Assembly (NCBI GenBank): GCA_030743445.1
Contig: JASLSL010000203.1
Span: 1 to 42,385 of the forward strand
DNA length: 42,385 nucleotides
Reading direction: 5' to 3'
From: Alphaproteobacteria bacterium
GTDB taxonomy: Bacteria > Pseudomonadota > Alphaproteobacteria > UBA8366
Shown here: in pieces, positions 17,447 to 25,162 of the stretch
Numbering within the stretch: the stretch's first letter is position 1
Layout of the letters: each line of letters opens with the position of its first letter
Notes under the pieces: generated by a model
Databases searched by the model: none
The model's input: only the letters and a program-made list of their open reading frames with translations
What the model was told of the DNA's origin: nothing
Position numbers and translations under genes: made by a program

Positions 17447-19213
17447 TTACGGACCCGCCGCCGCCCGCCGGATCATCGAAATCGTCTTGGGTTGCACCTC
17501 TATGCGCCGCTGGTAGTCGCGATACCAGTCCGCGAAGTCTTTCGGTGGCAACGGCCGGCTGTAGAAATAGCCCTGCGCTTCCTCGCAACCCTGTCGGCGC
17601 AGTATTTCGAGCTGGGATTCGGTCTCGACCCCCTCGGCGACGACGCCCAGCCGCAAATGCTTGGCAAGGGTGACGATCGTCGTTGCGATCGCCGCGTCGT
17701 CAGGATCGTCGACGATGTCGCGCACGAAGGATCGGTCGATCTTGAGGCAATCCATCGGGAATCGCTTGAGGTAGGCGAGCGAGGAGTGACCGGTGCCGAA
17801 ATCGTCGATCGCGAGGCGCACGCCGAGCCCGTGCAGCCGATGCAACATCTCGGTCGTGAGATCGAGATTGTCCATGATCATGCTTTCGGTGATCTCGAGC
17901 TCGAGGTCGGTCGGTTCGATATTCCAGTCCCCCAACGCCTGGACCACCACGTCCATCAACCCGGGTGACTTGAACTGGACCGCCGACAGATTGACCGCGA
18001 CGGGGATCGGCGGCAGTCCCTCGTCGCGCCAGGCGGCGTGCTGGGCGCAGGCGGCGCGCAACACCCAATCGCCGATCGGCACGATCAGGCCAGTCACCTC
18101 GGCGACCGGGATGAACTCGTCGGGTGGGATCATGCCTTGCTCGGGATGCGGCCAACGCAACAGCGTCTCGACTCCGACGACCCGCCCGTCGAGCAGATTG
18201 ACCTTGGGCTGGAAGTGGAGCGAGAAGCCGCCCTCCTCGAGGGTCTGGCGCAGGTCGGCCTCCATTTCCTTGCGCTTCTGCGCCCGTGCGTTGAGCTCCG
18301 CGTTGTAGAACTGGAATTTGCCGCGGCCGTTGTTCTTGGCGTGGTAGAGCGCCATGTCGGCGTTCTTCAGCAATTGGTCGGGATCGGCGCTGTCCTGCGG
18401 GAACATGGTGATGCCGATGCTGGTGCTGGTGAACACGTCCCAATCGTCGATGTTCACCGGATCGACCATCTCCTCGATGATCTTGCGCGCCAACACGGAA
18501 GCGCCGCCGGTATCGTTCAGATTGGTCGCGATAACGGCGAATTCGTCGCCGCCAAGGCGGGCGACGAAATCCGACTCGCGGACCCCCTCGGCGAGCCGGA
18601 CGGAAACCTCTTTCAGCAACAAGTCGCCGGCCGGATGGCCGAGCGAATCGTTGATGTCCTTGAAGTTGTCCAAATCGAGCAGCAGGAGGGCGCCGACCTT
18701 GCCGTTGCGCTTGGTCTGCGAAATGCAGTCGACGAGGTGGGAGCGGAACAGCGTGCGGTTGGCGAGACCGGTGAGCTCGTCGTAGCGCGCCATGTTGGCA
18801 AGGCGCGTTTCCACCTTCTTCTGTTCGATCGAATACCGGATCGCGCGATCCAGCAGCGGCGCCGAAATCTGGCCCTTGACCAGATAGTCGGTGGCGCCCG
18901 CCTCCATCGCCTCGAGGTCGATCTCGCGATCGTCCTGGCCGGTAAGCAGGATAAAGGGTATCGACGAACCTTGCTCGACCGCGTCGCGGATGATGTCGAG
19001 CCCGCTGCGCTGGCCGAGCCGGTAGTCGATCAGGCATACATCGTGTTTACGGCTGGAGATCGCCTCGAGACCAGCCTGCCAGTTGTTCGCCCATTCGAAC
19101 CGGAGCTGGTTGCCGAACACCTCGCTCAGCAGGTCGTGGGCGAGGAGGTAATCGTCCTCGTCGTCCTCGATCAAAAGAATGTTCGGTGATTCACCCAACG
19201 ATCCTTTCCTCAC
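17447..19213 (-). CDS. response regulator with REC-GGDEF-EAL domains (c-di-GMP turnover)
   Basis: 588 aa. REC (ILLIEDDEDD...DVCLIDYRL). GGDEF domain with an intact GGDEF and an RxxD I-site 5 aa upstream (RESDFVARLGGDEF). EAL domain with E-T-L in place of EAL (GVETLLRW) plus DDFGTGHSSLAYL, KIDRSF and EGVET. The GTG start overlaps the upstream RR stop (GTGA). Confidence 0.9.
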   Translation of the reverse strand: MRKGSLGESPNILLIEDDEDDYLLAHDLLSEVFGNQLRFEWANNWQAGLEAISSRKHDVCLIDYRLGQRSGLDIIRDAVEQGSSIPFILLTGQDDREIDLEAMEAGATDYLVKGQISAPLLDRAIRYSIEQKKVETRLANMARYDELTGLANRTLFRSHLVDCISQTKRNGKVGALLLLDLDNFKDINDSLGHPAGDLLLKEVSVRLAEGVRESDFVARLGGDEFAVIATNLNDTGGASVLARKIIEEMVDPVNIDDWDVFTSTSIGITMFPQDSADPDQLLKNADMALYHAKNNGRGKFQFYNAELNARAQKRKEMEADLRQTLEEGGFSLHFQPKVNLLDGRVVGVETLLRWPHPEQGMIPPDEFIPVAEVTGLIVPIGDWVLRAACAQHAAWRDEGLPPIPVAVNLSAVQFKSPGLMDVVVQALGDWNIEPTDLELEITESMIMDNLDLTTEMLHRLHGLGVRLAIDDFGTGHSSLAYLKRFPMDCLKIDRSFVRDIVDDPDDAAIATTIVTLAKHLRLGVVAEGVETESQLEILRRQGCEEAQGYFYSRPLPPKDFADWYRDYQRRIEVQPKTISMIRRAAAGP

Positions 19214-19665
19214 GCGGCCTGTGGCGGCAATTGAACGATCTGCGTCCAGTAGTCGGTCACCGTGCGCATCACCTTAACCAGCTTCTCGAACGTGACCGGT
19301 TTGACGATGAAGGAATTCACGCCGAGATCGTAGGTCCGGTAGATGTCCTCTTCCGCCTTGGACGTCGTCAGCACCACCACGGGAATGCGTTTCAAGCTGT
19401 CGCTCGCCTTGATTTCCTTCAACGCTTCGCGGCCGTCCTTCTTCGGCATGTTGAGGTCGAGCAGGATCAACCCCGGCAGCGACTTGCCGTTCAGACTTTC
19501 ATACCCGTTGGCTCGGTTCAGATAGTCCATCAAGTCCTCGCCATCGACGACGAAGTCGATGTCGTTGGCGAGCCGGCTGTCCTCCAACGCGTCGCGGATG
19601 AGCAACCGGTCGTCGGGGTCGTCGTCGGCGATCAAAATAGTGATGGCAGTTGCATTGTCAGACAT
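19210..19665 (-). CDS. single-domain CheY-like response regulator
   Basis: ATG at 19665 gives the 151-aa product MSDNATAITILIADDDPDD...LILLDLNMPKKDG...VVVLTTS...FIVKP. The start overlaps the kinase stop by 8 nt (ATGTCTGA). The track ORF from 19761 is run-on inside the kinase 3' end. Confidence 0.85.
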   Translation of the reverse strand: MSDNATAITILIADDDPDDRLLIRDALEDSRLANDIDFVVDGEDLMDYLNRANGYESLNGKSLPGLILLDLNMPKKDGREALKEIKASDSLKRIPVVVLTTSKAEEDIYRTYDLGVNSFIVKPVTFEKLVKVMRTVTDYWTQIVQLPPQAA

Positions 19666-22390
19666 TTCGCTTTGCCTCGCTGTTGGGAAGCCGCGTGGGA
19701 AGGGTGACGATGAAAATCGCGCCTTCGCCCCCGCGTCCGATTGCGCTGATCGTGCCGCCATGGCGCTCGGCGATCTTGCGGCATAGCGCCAAACCGACGC
19801 CGGTGCCTTCGTATTGGCCGCGGCCGTGAAGGCGCTGGAAGATGCCGAATATCCGCTCCGAGTGCTTGGCGTCGAAACCGATCCCGTTGTCCTTGACGAC
19901 GATCTTGCACATCTCCTGGTCGGAACCGTTCTTGACCAATCCCGCGTCGACCTCGACGACGGGCGTCACGTCGTCGCGGCGGTATTTGAGGGCGTTACCG
20001 ATCATGTTCTGCAACAGTTGACGCATCTGCAGCGGGTCGGCCTCGATCGACGGCAGGTCGGCGACCTTGATGTCGGCTTTGGTTTCCCTGATCTGCAGTT
20101 CCAGATCCTCGACGACCTCGTCGACGACGCTGCCGAGATCGACAGGTTTGAAGGGCTTTCCCTTTGAATTGACCCGGGAGAATTTCAGCAGGTCGGTAAT
20201 CAAGGTCTGCATACGGTTGGTCGCCGACTGCATGCGCTCGATGTAGTCCCGTCCCTGCTCGCCCAGCGTCTCGCCGTATTTGGACTGCAAGCGATCGCCG
20301 AAGGCCTGGACCTTGCGCAGCGGCTCCTGCAAATCGTGCGAGGCGATGTAGGCGAATTGCTCGAGGTCGGCATTGGAGCGTTCGAGCTCTTTGGCATGGC
20401 GCTCGAGGACCTTTTCCGCACGCTTGAGCTCGGTGATATCGGTTTGGGTGACGAAATAGCCACCGTCGGCGGTCCGGGCTTCCTTGATGACGTACGAGGT
20501 GCCGTCGTCGAGCTCGCGAATGTACTGGCCCTTCGGATTGCGGTGCATCTCCATCCGTTCGGCGAGGATGTCTTCGACATCGCCTTCGACGTCGGCGATA
20601 CTTCCAGCCTCGATATGCACTCGCATCAGGTCTTCGAACCGCATCCCGGGTTTCAGGATATCCTTGGCCGGGTAGTGCGGGCGCCGGTACTCGTCGTTGC
20701 AAATCAACAGCCGGTCGTCGGCGTCGTAGAGACCGAACCCTTCCTGCAGGTTCTCGATCACCGTATGCAGCTTCTGTTCGGCGGTCTTTCGCTCGGTGAT
20801 ATCGCGCAATATCCCGATGAACTTTCGATGACCGCCGAAAGACATCTCTCCGATCGCCAGATCCAATGGCACCGTGGACCCGTCCTTCCGCTGGCCTTCG
20901 ACCTCGCGTCCGATGCCGATTATTTTGGCTTCACCTGTATCGAGGAATCGCCCCAGGTACCCATCATGGTGTTTGCCGATCGACTGGGGCATTAGGATTC
21001 GCACGTTTCGGCCGATGAGCTCGTCCGCCGCGCATCCGAAGATATTTTCGGCCGCTGGATTGAGAAGCTCTATGGTTCCCGTCTCGTCGATCATGATGAT
21101 GCCATCGACGACGTTTTCCATGATCGCGCGGAACCGCGTCTCGTTCTCGAAAGCAAGCTGTTCGGCCTGTTTTCGTTCGGTGATGTCGATGCGGACCGCA
21201 ATCGTGCCGCCGTCGGAGGTCTTTTGCTCGACGGCGTAGACCCAGCGCCCGTCCGCGCGCCGCGTCTCTGACGGCTCGTTGGCCGCCCGGTGGCGCTTCA
21301 TGTGACTTTGGATCCATTCCTCCTCGCGACCGATGGCGTCGGCGAGTTGCCCGCGATCCACTACGTCGCGCAATAAGTCCTCGAACCGCGCGCCGGGAAC
21401 CGTGAGGTCCGGATTCCAGCCCAGCAAGTCGTGCGTGTTGCCGTTGCAAACCACCAGGCGGTCGTCGGCATCGAATAAGGCGAAGCTGACCGGCAGGCTT
21501 TCGATTGCATCGTTCAGGCGCTGTTGCGCCGTTCGCGTCGCCTGCGCGGCCTGTCTGCGTTCGGTGAGATCTGTGTACCAGTGCTGGATCGCCGGTTCAC
21601 CATGCCAGATCACGATCCGAACGGACGTTTGCAACCAGACTTCCGTGCCATCCTTTCGCAGCGCCCGGAATTCATAGGTATCGGGCACCTCCTCGCCGGC
21701 CAAGCGGGCGTCGCGATAGCCCCTTAGCCGCGCCCGTTCCTCGGGAACGTAAAACGATTCGATCGACTCGAGCGCCATAATTTCGTCGAGACCTTCGTAT
21801 CCCAGGTTGTCCGCGAGCGCCTGATTGACGAACAGTGGTTTCCCGTCGCGATGAACGAGGACGCCGTGCAGCGCGCCTTCGATCAGCTCGCGGAAGTTCT
21901 CCTCGCTCGCGCGCAACGTCGCTTCGGTCCGCTTGCGGTCGCTTATATCGCTAACCGTACCGACGAACCGCACCGTGCCACCGGCCCGGATCTCGCCAAT
22001 CGCCAGTTCCACCGGCACGTCCGAACCGTCCTTGTGCCGGGCCACGACCTCGCTACGCGAGCCGATAACCCTTGCCTGACCGGTCTCCAGATAGCGTTTG
22101 ATATAACCGTCGTGCGCGTCCCGATGGGGATTCGGCATGAGCAAGGAGACGTTTCGCCCGATCACCTCCTCGGCTGAATATCCGAACATCCTTTCGGCCG
22201 AGGCGTTGAACGACTCGATGAGTCCGGTCTCGTCGATCGTGATCAGGCCTTCCGCCACGTTGTCGACGATCAGACGCAGGCTTTGTTCCGCCCGCTCCAA
22301 CTCGCCGGCCAGTCGGCGTTCGTCAAGCGGCGCCCCGCTCTTTGATGCCGACCAAGGCCAAAAACGTGATATGCCGGAAATCGTGCTCAT
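19658..22390 (-). CDS. cytoplasmic multi-PAS sensor histidine kinase with two FixL-like heme-PAS modules
   Basis: No TM segments seen. There are five PAS-like modules, two of which carry HDGY[IL].R[YF]L.TG...IG..REV.G.RKDGS..P..LAIGE. HisKA H-box FAYIASHDLQEPLRKV. HATPase_c blocks NALKY, DNGIGFD and GTGVGLA. Start assigned to the ATG at 22390 (MSTISG..); the Arg-rich 77 aa upstream look non-coding. The start is uncertain. Confidence 0.85.
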   Translation of the reverse strand: MSTISGISRFWPWSASKSGAPLDERRLAGELERAEQSLRLIVDNVAEGLITIDETGLIESFNASAERMFGYSAEEVIGRNVSLLMPNPHRDAHDGYIKRYLETGQARVIGSRSEVVARHKDGSDVPVELAIGEIRAGGTVRFVGTVSDISDRKRTEATLRASEENFRELIEGALHGVLVHRDGKPLFVNQALADNLGYEGLDEIMALESIESFYVPEERARLRGYRDARLAGEEVPDTYEFRALRKDGTEVWLQTSVRIVIWHGEPAIQHWYTDLTERRQAAQATRTAQQRLNDAIESLPVSFALFDADDRLVVCNGNTHDLLGWNPDLTVPGARFEDLLRDVVDRGQLADAIGREEEWIQSHMKRHRAANEPSETRRADGRWVYAVEQKTSDGGTIAVRIDITERKQAEQLAFENETRFRAIMENVVDGIIMIDETGTIELLNPAAENIFGCAADELIGRNVRILMPQSIGKHHDGYLGRFLDTGEAKIIGIGREVEGQRKDGSTVPLDLAIGEMSFGGHRKFIGILRDITERKTAEQKLHTVIENLQEGFGLYDADDRLLICNDEYRRPHYPAKDILKPGMRFEDLMRVHIEAGSIADVEGDVEDILAERMEMHRNPKGQYIRELDDGTSYVIKEARTADGGYFVTQTDITELKRAEKVLERHAKELERSNADLEQFAYIASHDLQEPLRKVQAFGDRLQSKYGETLGEQGRDYIERMQSATNRMQTLITDLLKFSRVNSKGKPFKPVDLGSVVDEVVEDLELQIRETKADIKVADLPSIEADPLQMRQLLQNMIGNALKYRRDDVTPVVEVDAGLVKNGSDQEMCKIVVKDNGIGFDAKHSERIFGIFQRLHGRGQYEGTGVGLALCRKIAERHGGTISAIGRGGEGAIFIVTLPTRLPNSEAKRNV

Positions 22391-22614
22391 AAGGCTCGGT
22401 TGCCCTGGTCCCCTCCCACGCGTTCTCCGCCGCCGTCGGCAAGAGCCGGCATGGGTAGCCATTGGAAAAACCACATCTTTTGTGCCCCTTAGGCGTGAAG
22501 ATTCGGTTAACCGCCCATCACCTTGCCGCGATGCATCGACAACGGGGTTTCGAGAGGTCAAACTGCCGGCGTCAAAAAAATGCAAATCAGAAAACGCGTA
22601 CAGGGAAGGGCAGC

Positions 22615-22962
22615 ATGGCAATCGAGCGACGCCACAAGGGACCGCGCATGAGCCAGATCGTGGTCCACGGAAACACGGTCTATTTTGCGGGCCTGGTCGG
22701 CGACGACCGCGATGCGGACATGGCGACCCAGACGCAACAGATTCTCGACAAGATCGACCGCTACTTGGCCGAAGTGGGAACCGACAAATCGAAACTGTTG
22801 GCGGCGGAAATCTGGATCAACGACATGTCCAAGTTCGACGAGATGAATGCCGTGTGGGACGCTTGGATCGACCCGGACAACCCGCCGGGACGGGCCTGCT
22901 GCGAAGCCAAGCTGGCGCATCCCGATTGGAAGGTCGAGATCATCATCCGGGCGGCGTGCTGA
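22615..22962 (+). CDS. RidA/YjgF family reactive-intermediate (enamine/imine) deaminase-like protein
   Basis: ATG at 22615 is preceded by gggaaggg. The 115-aa product (..VVHGNTVYFAGLVGDD...QTQQILDKIDRYLAEVGTDKSKLL...W..D...F..MN.VW..W) has the typical RidA-family layout. Confidence 0.75.
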   Translation: MAIERRHKGPRMSQIVVHGNTVYFAGLVGDDRDADMATQTQQILDKIDRYLAEVGTDKSKLLAAEIWINDMSKFDEMNAVWDAWIDPDNPPGRACCEAKLAHPDWKVEIIIRAAC

Positions 22963-22969
22963 CGATCGC

Positions 22970-24226
22970 CTAAGACGCCTTGCGCGGCGCCTCGGGCTTG
23001 GCGCGGTTCTTCTGACGCCGCGGGATCAGGGCCTTCTCACCCAACAACCGGATTCGCGAATCGTCGCTTTCCATGATCACCGGGTGCAGCACCCGTAGCA
23101 TCTCGCCGGCCGTCGTTTCGTTCCAGAACCATTCCTGCAGTTCGGCGTTGCCGGCGGTCTTGCCCGGTTGGGCGTTGCTCGCCTCGAAGTAATAATTCTT
23201 CAAGTCCTCGATCGCGAGCTTGAGCACGTCGCCGAGCTCGATCTCCGGCCTCGGATTGTCCGGCCGTTCGCCGTCGAGGAACGAGGTGACGAAGCCGCCG
23301 ACGGCCTCGATGCCGAGGCCTGCGAGACCGAAGGTCGTGCGCCCGCCGCGGGCCTCGCGGCCGAGATCGTACCACGGCGTCAGCTGGTGGATTTCGCGGG
23401 CCAGGGCCGCGGCGAGACTGCCGGGCTCGGCGTCGAGGCCGGGCGGCGCGCCGAGCGCCACCGGGCAGACCCAGCCCTCGCCCTCGGCCGACGGCCCGGC
23501 ATCGGCCGGTGCGTCTTCCGGGAAATCCTCCAGCACCGGCCCCGCGTCGCGTTCCAACAGGGCCAGCGCCGCCCGCATGACCTTCTTCTGGAATTCGGGA
23601 TGGCCCGGGGCGCCGATCGGCCGGCCGAGCTCGAACGGCACCCAGAGCGCCCTCGGCGGGCGAATCTTCTCGGTGTGCGGCCGCACCAGGCTGATCTGGG
23701 TCGTCGCCAGGCCTTCTTCCTCAAGGTAATGGCCGAGTGCGCTCACGGCGCACGTGCAGCGGGGTCAAACCGGCGCCAGGAGCACCGCGTCGACGCAGTC
23801 CTCCCTGAGATAGCCGGCGATCTCGCGCACCAGCGGCTCCATGTCGTCGGGCGTGGTCGAGCCCATGAACGAGTAGTGGTAGTCGGCGACCGAGCCGATC
23901 GCGCCCTCGGCCTCCAGCTCCTTCAAGCGTTCGACCGGGAACACGACGTTGAGGTCCTGCTGGAAGCCGGTGCGGTCGAAATTGACCGAGACGTGGCTCA
24001 TCACGATGTCGGCGGAATCGGTGTCCTTGTGGAACACCCGGTAGTCGGCGTCGTCGCGCACGAAGGGCCGGTCCTCGCGCCGCTGCAACCCCGCGGTCGA
24101 GATGATGGCGACGCGGCGCTCGGCCACGGGCGGCCCCGCGACCCAGGGATCGCTATCGAAGGTCGGGCACGGGACCTCGAGCAGGTACTCCCGCTCGTAG
24201 TCCGGCAGGTCGGTCATGCGGACCAT
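22970..24226 (-). CDS. GrdB/PrdB-family reductase-like protein, candidate selenoprotein (in-frame TGA at 23765-23767 read as Sec)
   Basis: Track ORFs 23765..24286(-) and 22970..23746(-) share one frame, separated only by TGA plus 6 sense codons. The joined sequence is ..VFPVERLKELEAEGAIGSVADYHYSFMGSTT...DCVDAVLLAPV-U-PRCTCAVSALGHYLEEEGLATTQISLV..RALWVPFELGRPIGAP.. From memory it parallels clostridial GrdB around its Sec (..VDAVILTST-U-GTCTRCGATM..ERAGIP..). Start placed at the ATG at 24226, with GGAG 6 nt upstream. Confidence 0.6.
23737..23753 (-). promoter_or_regulatory. SECIS-like hairpin 11 nt downstream of the in-frame UGA
   Basis: Minus-strand RNA: UGA-CCCCGCUGCAC-GUGCGC-CGUGA-GCGCAC. 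This is a perfect 6-bp GC-rich stem with a 5-nt apical loop containing GU. The spacing from the UGA is similar to that of the E. coli fdhF minimal SECIS. Confidence 0.35.
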
Positions 24227-24327
24227 GTGGGGCTCCGAGGCAAACCGTATCGCCTTTGTATAGGAACTCGGCCGAAACCGAGTCAAATCTGGGGCCGGTA
24301 AAGTTTAGACCAGCCAACGATTCCACC

Positions 24328-25140
24328 TCAATCTACACTGGCGTCGATCACATAGACCGGGTGCTCGGCGCCGGCGGCGGGATCGATATCCATCAGCCGC
24401 ACCGGAAACGGCGCCTCGCCGAAGGCCGGCGCGGTCGAATAGACCACGCCCCCGGCGCCTTCCGCCAGGGCCCCCGGATGGTGGTGGCCCGAAAGCGTGC
24501 AGCGCACGCGGCCCGAGGCCTCGATCGCCGCGGTGTAGGCGCCGTCGACCTGATAGGTGTAGTGCTTGTTCTTGGCGAACACATCCGGTGCCAGGATGTA
24601 GTGCTGCAGGTGGACCTGCGGCCCATTATGGGCCGGATCGCCCAACACCTGGTCCATCAGCCGCGCGCCCGCTGCGGTCCGGACCGGGCTCATCTCCCCG
24701 TCTACCACGTCGAAGAAGCGGACGAAACGGAGGCCGGCCGCCGCATTAACCCCGGGGCCGGGGAATACGCGTTGAAACACGTCTTCCAGGTCGTGGTTGC
24801 CGGGGATCGCCGCATAGGGCAGGCCGGTGCCTTCGAGCCAGCCGAACATCCAGCGATAATCTTCCTCGGCCGCGGCCGTGGTCGCGGCGTCGATCACGGG
24901 ATCGAGTCCCTCGACGCCGCCGTAGAGCACCGCCGGAATATCGAGCAGGTCGCCGGTCATGGCGATGGCGTCGGGCGTCCAATCGGCGAATTTAGCCTCG
25001 AGCCGGCCGAGCGCCGCGGGAACCTCGCGCGACAGCCGCTCGGCGCCCTCGGCCGAGCCCGGCAGCGCCTGGCGCATATGCAGGTCGGTCAGGTGGACGA
25101 CACGCACCACGCCGTCGGGTTTTCGCGGAACCTGGCTCAT
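24328..25140 (-). CDS. metallophosphoesterase (calcineurin-like phosphoesterase) family protein
   Basis: 270 aa with the canonical motifs VVHLTDLHM, MTGDLLD, IPGNHD and LSGHHHPG. Confidence 0.8.
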   Translation of the reverse strand: MSQVPRKPDGVVRVVHLTDLHMRQALPGSAEGAERLSREVPAALGRLEAKFADWTPDAIAMTGDLLDIPAVLYGGVEGLDPVIDAATTAAAEEDYRWMFGWLEGTGLPYAAIPGNHDLEDVFQRVFPGPGVNAAAGLRFVRFFDVVDGEMSPVRTAAGARLMDQVLGDPAHNGPQVHLQHYILAPDVFAKNKHYTYQVDGAYTAAIEASGRVRCTLSGHHHPGALAEGAGGVVYSTAPAFGEAPFPVRLMDIDPAAGAEHPVYVIDASVD

Positions 25141-25162
25141 GGCGCGACCGACGTCCGGGACC

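Noticed and set aside
17438-17465. GC-only hairpin CCGGCGGCG-N10-CGCCGCCG between the convergent M20 and GGDEF-EAL genes, as a possible bidirectional terminator.
   Set aside because: The 3' arm lies within the last codons of the GGDEF-EAL gene, and there is no flanking T or A run on either strand. Such GC stems are frequent by chance at this GC content. Noted but not called as a feature.
22342-22355. FNR/FixK-like box TTGATGCCGACCAA (9/10 to TTGAT-N4-ATCAA) near the 5' end of the FixL-like kinase gene.
   Set aside because: With any plausible start codon, the box lies inside the kinase coding region. It is also about 260 nt from the ridA start, so its position is wrong for a class II promoter. 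A single near-match of this kind is expected by chance.
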